From an uncultured bacterium (lineage in GTDB: Bacteria; Krumholzibacteriota; Krumholzibacteriia; LZORAL124-64-63): a stretch of DNA of 64,000 bases. How positions within the stretch are numbered: position 1 is the stretch's first letter; every line of letters begins with the position of its first letter. Under the pieces are notes generated by a model. That model had not been told where the DNA came from. It saw nothing but the letters and a program-made list of their open reading frames with translations, and made no database searches. The DNA lies in assembly GCA_963727525.1 (NCBI GenBank), contig CAVSGO010000007.1:512001-576000 (forward strand), in the 5' to 3' direction. Of this stretch, positions 1-10,739 are shown one piece after another. The translations under genes and the position numbers were made by a program.

Positions 1-1
1 G

Positions 2-1078
2 GGCTCCCGGCGCGAGTACCAGGCCACGCTCGTGGGCACCGATGCGAGCACCGACGTCGCCCTGTTGCACATCGATCCGGACGGCGCAAGCCTACCCACT
101 CTCAAGTTCGGCGACTCGCAGACGCTGGCCGTGGGCGACTGGGCCATCGCCGTCGGCAACCCCTTCGGCAACCTGGAGGGGACGATGACCGTGGGCATCG
201 TGAGTGCTGAGGGACGCGGCGATCTGGTCATCCAGGGCCTGACGCCGCGGTACCAGGATTTCATCCAGACCGATGCGAGCATCAATTTCGGCAATAGTGG
301 CGGCCCCCTTGTCGACATCGAGGGCCACGTGATCGGCGTGAACACGGCGATCAACGCGGAGGGGCAGGGTATCGGGTTCGCGGTGCCGAGCCGGCTGGTG
401 AAGCGCATCTACGAGCAGCTACGGGATCACGGTCGGGTGATCCGTGGATTCCTGGGTGTGAAGACCATCGATGCCGTGACCGCATTGGAAGCGACAGGTG
501 ACGATGATGGCGCCCGGGTGGAATCGGTGGTCGCCGGGTCGCCGGCGGCCGCGGCCGGGTTGAAGCCGGGCGACGTGATCGTGCAGCTGGGCGACGAGAC
601 CATCGAGTCGCGCCGACAGCTCGATTTCGTGGTCGCCGAAGCGCCGGTCGGGCAGGCCCTACCATGCCGGATCGTGCGAGGCGGCGATCGCCAGGATCTC
701 TCGGTCACCCTCGTGGAACTCGACGCGGCGAGTATGCCGCCGCCGGCCGCGGACGAGACCTGGCTGGGGCTCACGGTCGCCGATCTTGCGGAAACAGACC
801 ATCGCGTCGATCGTATAAAGGAAACACTAGGGATCGAGGCCACCAGAGGAGTGATCGTGGTGGCGGTGGAGAGCGGCCAACCCGCAGCGCAGGCCGGACT
901 GCGCCCGGGCGATATCGTGGTCGCCGTCGAGGGTCAAGAAATTGCCGACCTGGCTGCCTACACGCGAGCGCGTGATGCGCTGCGGAGCCAGCGGGAACCA
1001 TTGACCTTTCTCGTGCGCACGGGAACCCGGGAGAATTTCGTGGAGGTCACTCCCCGGGAATCGGGATCCGTGCAATGA
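2..1078 (+). CDS. HtrA/DegP-family serine protease with two PDZ domains (5'-partial)
   Basis: Frame is open from base 2. Motifs DVALL, AVGNPFG, FIQTDASINFGNSGGPL (catalytic Ser) and two PDZ-like SPAAAAGLKPGDVI / QPAAQAGLRPGDIV segments. Confidence 0.95.
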   Translation, partial: GSRREYQATLVGTDASTDVALLHIDPDGASLPTLKFGDSQTLAVGDWAIAVGNPFGNLEGTMTVGIVSAEGRGDLVIQGLTPRYQDFIQTDASINFGNSGGPLVDIEGHVIGVNTAINAEGQGIGFAVPSRLVKRIYEQLRDHGRVIRGFLGVKTIDAVTALEATGDDDGARVESVVAGSPAAAAGLKPGDVIVQLGDETIESRRQLDFVVAEAPVGQALPCRIVRGGDRQDLSVTLVELDAASMPPPAADETWLGLTVADLAETDHRVDRIKETLGIEATRGVIVVAVESGQPAAQAGLRPGDIVVAVEGQEIADLAAYTRARDALRSQREPLTFLVRTGTRENFVEVTPRESGSVQ

Positions 1079-1118
1079 TGCGGAAGCGCTAGCGCCCCAC
1101 TGAGACGGGAGCACAGTC

Positions 1119-1985
1119 ATGGCCAGTCGACGTAACATCTTTCCGCCGACTCACGAGAAGGGACTCGAGGTCTACTTCCGCGACATCAACCGGTATGCGC
1201 TTCTGACCCGCGAGGATGAGGCTGATCTCGCGCAGCGTATCCGTCAGGGCCAAGAGGATGCTCTGAAGACGCTCGTGCGGGCGAATCTGCGCTTCGTGGT
1301 CTCGGTGGCGAAACGATATACCGGCCAGGGGCTCCAGCTCTCGGACCTGATCAACGAGGGCAATCTCGGTCTCCTGAAGGCGGCGGGTCGTTTCGACGAA
1401 ACTCGCGGATACCGCTTCATCTCTTACGCCGTGTGGTGGATCCGCCAGGCCATCATGCAGGCGTTGCTCGACAAGTCGCGTACGGTGCGGCTCCCGCAGA
1501 ACCAGACGGCGTTGCTGATCAAGATCCATCGCACGCGCGCCGTGCTGCAGGGCGAAGGCGTCTTGAACCCGGATCCCGAACGCATCGCGCAACGTCTCGA
1601 AGTCGCGGTGGAGGACGTGCGGTACGCGCTGGGGGCCGATCGCACGGAACTCTGCTTCGACGATTTCGGCCGCGAGGGCGACGAGCGGCCGCTGCGCGAC
1701 ACATTGCCCGATGATTCGCAGAATCCCCCGGACCGGCAGGTACTCACGCGTGGGCTGCAGGAGGACGTGCAACGCGCGCTGGCCGTGCTCGGCGAGCGCG
1801 AGGCGAGGATCGTGGTCCTCTACTTCGGACTCGGCTTCGAGGAGGCGCTCACCTTGCAAGAAATCGGCGAACGACTCGGGCTGACGCGTGAGCGGATCCG
1901 CCAGATCAAGGAGCGTGCACTCGCCAAGATGCGCGGTACGCTCGGCAAGGAACTGTTGTTCGACTACTATGAGTCGGGACTCTAG
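1119..1985 (+). CDS. Short RpoD/SigA-family RNA polymerase sigma factor (regions 1.2-4, no region 1.1)
   Basis: LVRANLRFVVSVAKRY, DLINEGNLGLLKAAGRFDETRGYRFISYAVWWIRQAI and region 4 TLQEIGERLGLTRERIRQIKERAL. GGGAG SD upstream. Confidence 0.93.
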   Translation: MASRRNIFPPTHEKGLEVYFRDINRYALLTREDEADLAQRIRQGQEDALKTLVRANLRFVVSVAKRYTGQGLQLSDLINEGNLGLLKAAGRFDETRGYRFISYAVWWIRQAIMQALLDKSRTVRLPQNQTALLIKIHRTRAVLQGEGVLNPDPERIAQRLEVAVEDVRYALGADRTELCFDDFGREGDERPLRDTLPDDSQNPPDRQVLTRGLQEDVQRALAVLGEREARIVVLYFGLGFEEALTLQEIGERLGLTRERIRQIKERALAKMRGTLGKELLFDYYESGL

Positions 1986-2084
1986 CACTGGAATCTCTGC
2001 CGTCCGGTCTCCGCTTACCGCGGATCGCCGCTGCGGGGTTTCCAGAGGCCGGACTCGCCATTTTCCGCCGCAATCAGGCAATTT

Positions 2085-2100
2085 CTGGCGTGAATCTTGC
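2085..2100 (+). promoter_or_regulatory. Candidate sigma54 (-24/-12) promoter upstream of the M23 peptidase
   Basis: CTGGCGTGAATCTTGC: GG at 2087-2088, N10, GC at 2099-2100, matching YTGGCACG-N4-TTGC. Confidence 0.6.
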
Positions 2101-2235
2101 CTATGGCCCCGTTGCGACCAGCGGTCGGTACGGGGCGGAATGTCCATGGACGGTTGACACTCGCCCCGGTCCTGACGATTCTGACTGGCCCCCCGTACAC
2201 CATGGAGGGGTCCGGGACCCGAAAGACATGGTCAC

Positions 2236-3162
2236 ATGAGCCTGCATCGACGCTATTCCCTGCTGGTCGTGCCCGAGGACGAAGGGGCCATCCGCCAGGT
2301 CAAGGTTGCGCGCTGGACGCTGCTTGCCGCAGCGCTCGCCGTGGCATTTTGCCTGGCGTTGGCGGGGCTGTATGCCTACGACCTCGTCGCGGGCGTCGCG
2401 TGGCGACCCGGCGGGGCGCCGCTGGCGCGGGAAAACGCCGTGCTGAGGGGCCACGTCGCCGAGTTCGAGACCCAGATGGCTCGGCTGGAGTCGAGCCTCG
2501 GTGATGTTCTGGATCTGCAGGAGCGGGTTGCCCGGGCGGTAGATCTGCCCGTGATGCCCGCCGACGCCCTGGCGGCCGGCGTGGGCGGGCGCGAGCCCCT
2601 TCTCGGGACCGACCCCCGGGCTCCGGAAATCACCGTCGAGACCCGTTCGCTGGCGACCGGCCTCGACCAGCTCGTTCGCCAGGCCCGCTTGCAGCGGCAC
2701 GGCCTGACGGCAATTCTCGACAGCTTGCAGGCGCGGGCCGAGGTCCGCGACCACATGCCGTCGGTACGTCCGTGCGATATCGGCTGGCTCAGCTCCCGAT
2801 TTGGCATGCGTCGCGATCCGTTCACCGGAAGGCAGGCCTTTCACCGGGGTCTCGACTACTGCCTGCCGCTGGGGTCTCCCGTGCGGGTCACCGCGGATGG
2901 GGTGGTGACCACGGTGGAGAAGCAACGCGGCCTGGGGCTCGTCGTGAAGGTGAACCATGGCAACGGCGTCATGACCGTGTACGGCCACCTGAAGAGCGCG
3001 TCCGTCAAGAAGGGGCAGACTGTCAGCCGCGGGGACGTCATCGCGGCATCGGGCAACACCGGCCGGTCCACGGGGCCGCACCTGCACTACGAGGTGCGGG
3101 TGGACGGCCGTTCCGTCAATCCCATCAGCTACATCCTCGATAGGTTCGCCAACGGACGCTGA
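2236..3162 (+). CDS. M23 family metallopeptidase (N-terminal TM, coiled coil, LytM domain)
   Basis: HRGLD (HxxxD), TVYGHL and GNTGRSTGPHLHYEV (HxH). Confidence 0.93.
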   Translation: MSLHRRYSLLVVPEDEGAIRQVKVARWTLLAAALAVAFCLALAGLYAYDLVAGVAWRPGGAPLARENAVLRGHVAEFETQMARLESSLGDVLDLQERVARAVDLPVMPADALAAGVGGREPLLGTDPRAPEITVETRSLATGLDQLVRQARLQRHGLTAILDSLQARAEVRDHMPSVRPCDIGWLSSRFGMRRDPFTGRQAFHRGLDYCLPLGSPVRVTADGVVTTVEKQRGLGLVVKVNHGNGVMTVYGHLKSASVKKGQTVSRGDVIAASGNTGRSTGPHLHYEVRVDGRSVNPISYILDRFANGR

Positions 3163-3182
3163 CGGCAATCTCCTGTCCGTGC

Positions 3183-3211
3183 TTGGCAGTCCGCCCGTGG
3201 TGTGATAGCTT
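3183..3211 (+). promoter_or_regulatory. Candidate sigma70 promoter of the amidase
   Basis: TTGGCA-17 nt-TAGCTT with an extended -10 TG. Confidence 0.55.
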
Positions 3212-3268
3212 GTTCTTCGCACCGCGGTGGACGGATCCCCGCGGCCGTGATGGGAGCGACTCCGGGGC

Positions 3269-4618
3269 ATGAGGCCGACCTTCCGCCATTCTGCGCCGAC
3301 TCTGGCGACAGCTACCCTCGTGCTGGTATGCCTTGCGGTGCCTGCTCGTCAGGCTGCCGCCGGGCGGACTAACACGCCGCAGGTGCTGCGCATACGCCAC
3401 TTCTCCGCGCCCGATCATACCCGCATCGTGCTGGATCTGAGCGCGCCGGCGACCTTCGAGGTCCGCCCGGTGCATGAACCAGAACGTCTCGCGATCAACG
3501 TGCAGGGGGCGGGTTTCGTGGCCGCCGACGCGATCGCGATCAGGGACGGACTGGTCGAGCGCGTGCGTTGCAACCCAGGCCATTCGCGGGCGCAGGTGGT
3601 GCTGGATCTCGCCTACCGGACCCATCACCGGGCATTCAAGCTCGCCGCGGAAGATGGTCTCAACGATCGCATCGTCATCGATATCTTCCGGGCCAGCGGC
3701 GATGCCTCGCAGAAGGAGCCGCAGCCTCCCACGCCACCGGCGCAGGCGATCCGACCCTTCCGCGTGGTCCTCGATCCCGGCCATGGCGGTCTCGATCCGG
3801 GTGCTGTGCGCGCCGGCATCCGCGAGAAGGACATCGCGCTCGCCGTGAGCCTCGAGGTCGCGAAATTCCTGGGCGATCTTCCAGGGTACGAGGTCGTGTT
3901 GACGCGCTCGCGCGACTACTATCCGAGCCTGGGTCGACGCGTGGAGATCGCCCGGGAGCAGAAGGGCGATCTGTTCCTGTCGATCCACTGCAATACCCAT
4001 GCACGCGCCTCGGTGGGGGGCATGGAGGTCTATTTCCTCTCGCTTCAAGGCGCGACCGATCGCGAGGCTCAGGAACTGGCCGATCAGGAGAACGCGGCCG
4101 ACCTCGTGGGCCTCGCCCCCGGGGATGCGCGCGAGGATGCGGTGCTCTCGATCCTGATGGATCTGCGCATGACCCAGGTGCTCCAGCAATCGAGCCGTCT
4201 CGCCGAGAGCATGCTAGGCGCGGCGTCGCGCGCGGGTTTGCCGACGCGCAAGGTGAAGCAGGCGCGGTTCCAGGTGCTGCGCACGCTGGCCATGCCGGCG
4301 GCGCTGGTGGAGATGGCGTACCTCACCAATACCACGGATCGCCGGCTCCTGGCCGGCGCCGACGGACAGCACCGGATGGCCGCGGCGATCGTGGCGGGGG
4401 TGCTCGACTATCGGCGCGATCGCGACACGCTGGCGGGTCTGTTCCCGGCGTCGACCTGGTCGCAGCGCTACCGGGTCCAGCGCGGCGACAATCTCTGGGT
4501 CCTCGCGAAACGTCACGGGACGACGGTGGCGGAGATCACGAAGCACAACAACCTTGCGTCCACGTCGCTGCGCGTGGGGCAGCATCTGCAACTCCCGCAA
4601 GAGCGACCCGCGCCATGA
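3269..4618 (+). CDS. N-acetylmuramoyl-L-alanine amidase (signal peptide, AMIN, Amidase_3, LysM)
   Basis: TRIVLDL AMIN segment, VVLDPGHGGLDPGA, EKDIAL, LFLSIHCN, PAALVEMAYLTN, and C-terminal YRVQRGDNLWVLAKRHG LysM. Confidence 0.93.
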   Translation: MRPTFRHSAPTLATATLVLVCLAVPARQAAAGRTNTPQVLRIRHFSAPDHTRIVLDLSAPATFEVRPVHEPERLAINVQGAGFVAADAIAIRDGLVERVRCNPGHSRAQVVLDLAYRTHHRAFKLAAEDGLNDRIVIDIFRASGDASQKEPQPPTPPAQAIRPFRVVLDPGHGGLDPGAVRAGIREKDIALAVSLEVAKFLGDLPGYEVVLTRSRDYYPSLGRRVEIAREQKGDLFLSIHCNTHARASVGGMEVYFLSLQGATDREAQELADQENAADLVGLAPGDAREDAVLSILMDLRMTQVLQQSSRLAESMLGAASRAGLPTRKVKQARFQVLRTLAMPAALVEMAYLTNTTDRRLLAGADGQHRMAAAIVAGVLDYRRDRDTLAGLFPASTWSQRYRVQRGDNLWVLAKRHGTTVAEITKHNNLASTSLRVGQHLQLPQERPAP

Positions 4619-5559
4619 AGAACCTGGGCCTGAGGATCGCGTGCCTCGTCGCTGCCGTGATCATCTGGGTGCAGGTTGCCTCGACCACGATCATCGAAGC
4701 CGATGTGGCCTTGCCGCTGGAGGTCGCGAACCTTGGTACGGGCCTCACCGTGGCCGGCAATGCCCTACCCGCCCAGGCGGAGGTACGGCTGCGGGCAAGC
4801 AAGCTGCGGGTGTTCGCCCACAAGTATCTGCACCGGCCACTCGGGAGCGTTCAGCTCGATCTGGCGGACCGCCAGCCCGGGCCGCCGTTCCTCTACGAGA
4901 TCCACCCCCGCGACGCGCACACGGAACAGGAGGTCGTGGGCATCCTGGCTCCCATGCGCCTGCCGATCCGACTCGACCACCAGCTCGCCCGTCGCCTCGT
5001 CGTGCAGGTCGCGACGTCGGGGGCCGTGGCAGCGGGGCGGACCCTGCTGGACCAGCCAACCGCCCAGCCCGACTCGGTGACGGTGACCGGACCGGAGCGT
5101 TTCTTCCGCGGTGTGGAGGAGGTGCGCACCGTGGCGCTGTCGCTGAACCAGATCAACGGCCGTGAGACACGAATGCTTGCCCTCGTTCCGCCGCATGCGA
5201 GCCTCGTGCCGGAGGTGAGCAAGGTACAAGTCTCCGTCACCGTGGCCACGCTCGAGGAGCGGATCCTGGCGAACGTGCCGGTCATTCCCCTGGTCGACGC
5301 GGGGCAGGCGGACGTCGCCGTGTCGCCACCGGTGTGCGACGTGCTGGTGGAAGGTCCCGCCGACTCGGTGAAGGCCCTCGTGCCGGCCGATCTGGCGGTG
5401 ACCATCCCGTTGAACGGGCTGGAGCACGGCATGCACAACATCCGTGGCGACGTGGATCATCCGGCATGGGTCACCAAGATCTCCCTCGATCCTGCCACGT
5501 TCCTCGTGATCATCGGCGATGCCGATGCCGCCAACGTGTCCGGGGGCAAGAGAGAATGA
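4615..5559 (+). CDS. YbbR/CdaR-like membrane-anchored protein
   Basis: ATG at 4615 overlaps the amidase stop (ATGA). N-terminal NLGLRIACLVAAVIIW anchor, then three YbbR-like repeats (PDSVTVTGP, PPVCDVLVEGP). Confidence 0.8.
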   Translation: MKNLGLRIACLVAAVIIWVQVASTTIIEADVALPLEVANLGTGLTVAGNALPAQAEVRLRASKLRVFAHKYLHRPLGSVQLDLADRQPGPPFLYEIHPRDAHTEQEVVGILAPMRLPIRLDHQLARRLVVQVATSGAVAAGRTLLDQPTAQPDSVTVTGPERFFRGVEEVRTVALSLNQINGRETRMLALVPPHASLVPEVSKVQVSVTVATLEERILANVPVIPLVDAGQADVAVSPPVCDVLVEGPADSVKALVPADLAVTIPLNGLEHGMHNIRGDVDHPAWVTKISLDPATFLVIIGDADAANVSGGKRE

Positions 5560-6491
5560 CGCAGGCACCTGCTCCGCGGGAGCCGTCGCGGCGCATGCCC
5601 CGGGCGACATCGGCGTTGCTGGCCGCGGCGGCCGTGCTCTTGCTCGCCATCCTGGCCCTGGTCTGGCCGCCGCAAGGGGCCCGGGACGGGGGGACCCTGC
5701 TCGTACTCGACGGTACGGCCGGGCCCCGGCTACGCCAGGTCTACCAGCCGCTGGCGCAGTACTGCGGCGAGTTGCTCGGCGAGGATCTGGACGTTGATGT
5801 GGTGACGACGCGTGACGCATTCGTCACCGCGGCGCCGCGCGCGGTCGTACTCCTGTGTCCCGACGCCGTGGCCTTCGCCGTGAGTGCGGCTCAGTTCGAA
5901 CCACTGGCCGTGGGGCGTCGGCGCGCGCCGCAGAACCTGAGGCCGTGCTCGGTGCTGGTCAGTCGTCGGGCGGCCGGGCTCGTGAAGCAACCCTGGCTCG
6001 CCGCTCCCCGGCGCACCGTCTTCGGCGACTCGCTCTCCCTCGTGTGCCTGGTTCCGCTGTGTGTGGACGGCGGCCGTGCGCGCCTGCCGGCCGGCGTGGT
6101 CTGCGGCGACGACCCTTACGATCATCGTGCCGTCTTGCAGGCGTTGGTCCTTGGCGCCTTCGACTACGCCGTCGTGCGCCAGTGGACGGCGGAGACCTAC
6201 CAGGAGGCCGGGCGCCTGCCGGTGTCCGAGTGGGAGGTGCGCCGCCTCAGCGAGCCGTTGCCCGACATCGTCCTGCTGGCCAATCGCGAGGTGCCGGCCG
6301 GTCGACGGCTGGCGTTGCGGGAGGGGTTGGTGACGCTCGGGCGACGTCCGGGGGAGACAACAGTTGCGGCGCAGGTGGCACGAGCGGCGCTCGTCGGGAT
6401 GGACCTGGACGGCTTCAATCTCCTGATGGAGCCCGACTTCGAGGCCAATCGCCGTCGATTCGGCTCCTGCTGGCCCCGGACCGGCGAATAG
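5556..6491 (+). CDS. PhnD-like (phosphate/phosphonate) substrate-binding-fold protein with N-terminal anchor
   Basis: ATGA overlap with the previous gene. YQPLAQY, FGDSLS, HRAVLQALVLGAFDYAVV and SEPLPDIVLLAN resemble the phosphonate-binding family. Confidence 0.55.
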   Translation: MTQAPAPREPSRRMPRATSALLAAAAVLLLAILALVWPPQGARDGGTLLVLDGTAGPRLRQVYQPLAQYCGELLGEDLDVDVVTTRDAFVTAAPRAVVLLCPDAVAFAVSAAQFEPLAVGRRRAPQNLRPCSVLVSRRAAGLVKQPWLAAPRRTVFGDSLSLVCLVPLCVDGGRARLPAGVVCGDDPYDHRAVLQALVLGAFDYAVVRQWTAETYQEAGRLPVSEWEVRRLSEPLPDIVLLANREVPAGRRLALREGLVTLGRRPGETTVAAQVARAALVGMDLDGFNLLMEPDFEANRRRFGSCWPRTGE

Positions 6492-6503
6492 TCCATATTG
6501 TGC

Positions 6504-6525
6504 GGTCCCGTAGGTCCCGTAGGTC
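6504..6525. repeat. Short tandem repeat (GGTCCCGTA)x2.4 in the intergenic region before hisS
   Basis: GGTCCCGTA GGTCCCGTA GGTC read directly. Confidence 0.8.
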
Positions 6526-6615
6526 GCGCGGTGCTGGGCGGATGGTGGCTCGTCCGCCGCGGTTGTGGTAGGGTGCGGCCGTATGGGAGCGGCTACGCCG
6601 CGAGGAAGGACCGCC

Positions 6616-7890
6616 ATGCAGCTGAAGTACCGCCGGCTCAAGGGAACTCGCGACATCATGCTCGAGGAGGTCGAGCGCTGGCGCTGGTGCGAGGAGCGCT
6701 GGCAGGAAACTCTCTCTCGATACGGATTCGGTGAGATTCGCACGCCGGTGATCGAACCCGTGGATCTGTTCCTGCGGTCCGTGGGTGAGGGCACCGATAT
6801 CGTCGACAAAGAGATGTACGCGTTCGAGACCAAGGGCGGCGAGCAACTCGTGATCCGCCCCGAGATGACGGCCTCTGTGGTGCGGGCGTACCTGGAGAAT
6901 GGATTGACCCGTCAGCCTGGCACGGTGAAGTTCTGGTACATCGCACCGATGTTCCGGCATGATCGACCGCAGGCCGGACGCCTGCGCCAGTTCCACCAGG
7001 TGGGCGTGGAGGCGATCGGTTCGGCGAGTCCGGTCCTGGACGTCGAGGTGATCCAGACGCTGCTGGCGCTCTTCGATGCCGTGGACGCGCCACCGTTGAC
7101 CTTGCTGCTCAACAGCATCGGCTGTCCCGCCTGCCGCCCAGCCTACGTCGACGGACTGCGCAGGTTTCTCGAGGCGCATCTGGCCGAGATCCCGGGCGGG
7201 TTCCAGGCGCGTATCGCGACGAATCCGCTGCGTCTGTACGACGCGAAGGACGATGCGGTGCAGGCCTTGCTGTCGCAGTATCCGCCCATCGTGGCGCACC
7301 TGTGCGATGCCTGCCGCACCCATCACGAGATCGTGAAAGCCACGCTCGCGGGCATGGAGATCGCGTTCGAGGAGGATCCCACCCTGGTACGAGGCCTCGA
7401 TTACTACACGCGCACGACCTTCGAGGTGACGACCCGCACCGACCGCAAGCAGAGCAGCCTCGCTGGCGGCGGACGCTACGACGGCCTCGTCGAGCAATGC
7501 GGGGGGCCGCCCACGCCCGCCATCGGCTTCTCCCTGGGCATCGAGCGCACCCTGCTCTGCCTCGGCGACGAGCCGGTGGACCTGCAACGCAGCCGGCAGT
7601 CGGTGGTGGACGTGTACGTGGCCTGCCATGACGAGGCTGCGCAACGGTACGCCATGGTGGAAGCGGATATCCTGCGCGACATCTGTCGTGTGGAGATCGA
7701 TACGAGTAGCCGCTCGTTGAAGGCGCAGGCCAAGGCTGCGGATCAACGGTGCGCGCGCTTGCTGCTCGTCGCCGGTGAAGCGGAGATCGCGGCCGGCGAG
7801 TTCCAGATGAAGAACCTGGCGACGGGCGAACAGAAGCCCATCGCGAAGGACGAGATCCTGACCGCGGTGCGGGAGGTGCTGGGTCTGTGA
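6616..7890 (+). CDS. hisS: Histidine--tRNA ligase
   Basis: [66 protein letters not shown] before ATG 6616. Confidence 0.98.
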   Translation: MQLKYRRLKGTRDIMLEEVERWRWCEERWQETLSRYGFGEIRTPVIEPVDLFLRSVGEGTDIVDKEMYAFETKGGEQLVIRPEMTASVVRAYLENGLTRQPGTVKFWYIAPMFRHDRPQAGRLRQFHQVGVEAIGSASPVLDVEVIQTLLALFDAVDAPPLTLLLNSIGCPACRPAYVDGLRRFLEAHLAEIPGGFQARIATNPLRLYDAKDDAVQALLSQYPPIVAHLCDACRTHHEIVKATLAGMEIAFEEDPTLVRGLDYYTRTTFEVTTRTDRKQSSLAGGGRYDGLVEQCGGPPTPAIGFSLGIERTLLCLGDEPVDLQRSRQSVVDVYVACHDEAAQRYAMVEADILRDICRVEIDTSSRSLKAQAKAADQRCARLLLVAGEAEIAAGEFQMKNLATGEQKPIAKDEILTAVREVLGL

Positions 7891-7895
7891 CCGGG

Positions 7896-9677
7896 ATGAA
7901 TGAAGCGTCGTTGCGAACCCACCGGTGCGGAGAAATCGCCAAGGGGCACGTCGGGCAGGAGGTGAAGCTGGCCGGCTGGGCGGCGCGGGTGCGCAATCTT
8001 GGCGGTGTGCTCTTCGTGGACCTGCGCGATCGCTGGGGCGAGGTGCAGGTCGTCTTCGAGAGCGGCGAGCCGCTGGAGGCGGGCAAGGACATCAAGCTGG
8101 AAGCGGTGCTGGCGGTCCGCGGCACGGTGAGGCCGCGACCCGAGGGCATGGTGAACACCGACAAGGTGACCGGTGCCGTGGAAGTGGTGGTGCACGAGCT
8201 GACCATCCTGAACACGTGCGCGCCGTTGCCGTTCCAGGTGGACCAGGCCGACCGCGCCGGCGAAGAGCTTCGCCTGCGGTACCGGTACATCCAGCTTCGC
8301 CACCCGACGCTCGCGCACAATTTCCAGGTGCGCCACCGGGCCGCGCAGGCGGCGCGTCGGTTCCTGTCGGGTCGCGATTTCCTGGAAGTGGAAACGCCTC
8401 TGCTGATCAAGACCACGCCGGAAGGGGCGCGCGACTACGTCGTGCCCAGTCGGATCCATCCCGGGCAGTTCTACGCGCTACCGCAGTCACCGCAGCTCTA
8501 CAAGCAGATCCTGATGGCCGGCGGTTTCGATCGCTACTTCCAGCTCGCGCGGTGTCTGCGCGACGAGGACCTGCGCAAGGACCGGCAGCCCGAGCATACC
8601 CAGATCGACCTGGAGATGAGCTTCATCAGCGAGCAGGACGTGTACGGCCTGGTCGAGGAGATGATGGTGGCGATCTTCGCCGAGGCGGCAGGCGTCAATC
8701 TGAGCATCCCGTTCCCACGCATCCGCTACGACGAGGCGATGGACCTCTATGGCTCCGACAAGCCCGACCTGCGCTTCGGGTGCCCGATCGAGAATCTCGA
8801 CGAGCTGGTGCCGGGTTGCGGGTTCGGCGTCTTCGAGAACGCCCTCGCCGGCGGCGGCACGGTGCGCTGCTTGCGCGCAGCGGGTCTCGGCGGTTACAGC
8901 CGCAAGCAGGTGGATGAGCTGGAGGCCTTCGTGAAGGCGCGCGGCCTTGCGGGCCTGGCCCGCACCAAGGCCACGACCGAAGGCTTCGATGGCGGTGTCG
9001 CCAAGTTCTTCAGCGCTGACTTCTCGCGCCGTCTCCACGCGCGCCTCGGGTGCCACGATGGTGATCTGATCCTCTTCGGGGCGGGGCCTGTCGCGGTGGT
9101 GAGATCGGCCCTCGGCGACCTGCGACTCGAACTGGCGCGCCAGGCCGGGTGGATCCCGGCCGGCACCTGGGCTCTGGCCTGGGTGCACGACTTTCCGCTC
9201 TTCGAGCAGGATCCGCAGACGGGCGGCTGGGCGGCCTGCCATCACATGTTCACCATGCCGCAAGCGCAGTACGTGGACGTGCTCGAGAAGGATCCCGGCG
9301 CCGTCCGTGCGCAGCTCTACGACCTGGTCTGCAACGGCGTGGAGCTGGGTTCGGGAAGCATCCGTATCCACCGCCGCGACCTGCAAGAGCGCATCTTCCG
9401 CATCGTGGGCATGGCGGAGAGCGAGTATCTGGCGAAGTTCGGCTTCTTCCTGGAGGCCCTCGGCTACGGCGCGCCGCCTCACGGCGGCATCGCACTCGGT
9501 CTCGATCGCATCATCATGCTGCTGACGGGGGCGCCCAGTCTGCGCGAGGTGATCGCGTTCCCGAAGACCACGCTGGCAGCGTCACCTCTCGATGGTGCGC
9601 CGGGACCGATCAGCGAGGACCAGCTGCGCGAGCTGTCCCTCAAGCTCGACCTGCCACCGGAGGACGGCACGGCATGA
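7896..9677 (+). CDS. aspS: Aspartate--tRNA ligase
   Basis: [72 protein letters not shown]. Alternative GTG start at 7887. Confidence 0.98.
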   Translation: MNEASLRTHRCGEIAKGHVGQEVKLAGWAARVRNLGGVLFVDLRDRWGEVQVVFESGEPLEAGKDIKLEAVLAVRGTVRPRPEGMVNTDKVTGAVEVVVHELTILNTCAPLPFQVDQADRAGEELRLRYRYIQLRHPTLAHNFQVRHRAAQAARRFLSGRDFLEVETPLLIKTTPEGARDYVVPSRIHPGQFYALPQSPQLYKQILMAGGFDRYFQLARCLRDEDLRKDRQPEHTQIDLEMSFISEQDVYGLVEEMMVAIFAEAAGVNLSIPFPRIRYDEAMDLYGSDKPDLRFGCPIENLDELVPGCGFGVFENALAGGGTVRCLRAAGLGGYSRKQVDELEAFVKARGLAGLARTKATTEGFDGGVAKFFSADFSRRLHARLGCHDGDLILFGAGPVAVVRSALGDLRLELARQAGWIPAGTWALAWVHDFPLFEQDPQTGGWAACHHMFTMPQAQYVDVLEKDPGAVRAQLYDLVCNGVELGSGSIRIHRRDLQERIFRIVGMAESEYLAKFGFFLEALGYGAPPHGGIALGLDRIIMLLTGAPSLREVIAFPKTTLAASPLDGAPGPISEDQLRELSLKLDLPPEDGTA

Positions 9678-10735
9678 GCCGTTCGGGCGGCGACACTCCC
9701 GGGACCAGCGAGGTGCGTTTCGACCTGCACGGTATCGACCAGCTCCGGCTTTGCGGACCGGGCGATGCGCACCTGCGGTACCTGGAGAACCGATTCGACG
9801 GCACGATCTCGGCGCGAGGCGAGCAACTGCGCATCAGCGGACCCCCGGACCAGGTGGCCCGGATGCGCGACCTCGTGAGCGATCTGATGGAGCGCGTACG
9901 GCGCGGTCAGCGCATCGACGAGGTGACGCTAGACTACCTCTGGGCCAGCCACGCTCGCGGCGGCGCGCGCGACACCGATCTCGAGGCCGAGCCGGAGCCT
10001 CTGTTGTTCACGAGCGAGAGCCGTCGCCCGGTGCGCGTGAAGTCGCCGGGGCAGCGACGTTACGTGCAGGCCGTGCGCGATCATGACGTGGTCTTCGCGA
10101 TCGGGCCCGCCGGGACGGGCAAGACCTATCTGGCCGTCGTCCTGGCGCTGGACTATCTCAAGCGCAACCTCGTCGAGCGCGTCCTGCTGGTGCGGCCGGC
10201 GGTGGAGGCCGGCGAACAGCTCGGCTACTTGCCCGGCGACCTCCAGGAGAAGATCAATCCCTACCTGCGACCGCTCTACGACGCCCTCGCCGACATTCTC
10301 GGACCGACGCGGGTCGCGCGTTACGTGGAGGGCGGCGTGGTCGAGGCGTCGCCGCTGGCGTACATGCGCGGGCGTACGCTCAGCAACGCTTTCGTCATCC
10401 TCGACGAGGCGCAGAACACGACGATCGGTCAGATGAAGATGTTCCTGACGCGTCTTGGCTACCAGTCCAAGGCCGTGATCACCGGCGACGTCACGCAGAT
10501 CGATCTGGCGGATCCCGATCGTTCGGGGCTGGTGCGCGCGCAGGAGATCCTGCGCGAGACCGAGGGCGTGGCCATCGTCCGACTGGGCAGTGCCGACACG
10601 CAGCGGCATCCGCTGGTGCGCCGCATCGTCGACGCCTTCGCCGACGCCGAGCAGGCAGCGAACGGCCGGTCGGCGCATGCCCACACGGCGAACGAGCCGG
10701 CGGCCGAATTGCAGCCGGGCGACGAGAGGACGTGA
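9674..10735 (+). CDS. phoH: PhoH-like ATPase (YbeZ family)
   Basis: [55 protein letters not shown]. Confidence 0.95.
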   Translation: MSRSGGDTPGTSEVRFDLHGIDQLRLCGPGDAHLRYLENRFDGTISARGEQLRISGPPDQVARMRDLVSDLMERVRRGQRIDEVTLDYLWASHARGGARDTDLEAEPEPLLFTSESRRPVRVKSPGQRRYVQAVRDHDVVFAIGPAGTGKTYLAVVLALDYLKRNLVERVLLVRPAVEAGEQLGYLPGDLQEKINPYLRPLYDALADILGPTRVARYVEGGVVEASPLAYMRGRTLSNAFVILDEAQNTTIGQMKMFLTRLGYQSKAVITGDVTQIDLADPDRSGLVRAQEILRETEGVAIVRLGSADTQRHPLVRRIVDAFADAEQAANGRSAHAHTANEPAAELQPGDERT

Positions 10736-10739
10736 GACC

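Noticed and set aside
3568-4614. N-terminal extension of the 663-aa ORF
   Set aside because: Overlaps the amidase out of frame. The real start is ATG 4615. Similar over-long starts were trimmed for phoH, the 7TM-HD, CorC, argS and others.
6504-6525. Repeat as CRISPR remnant
   Set aside because: 9-nt unit, no spacers and no cas genes.
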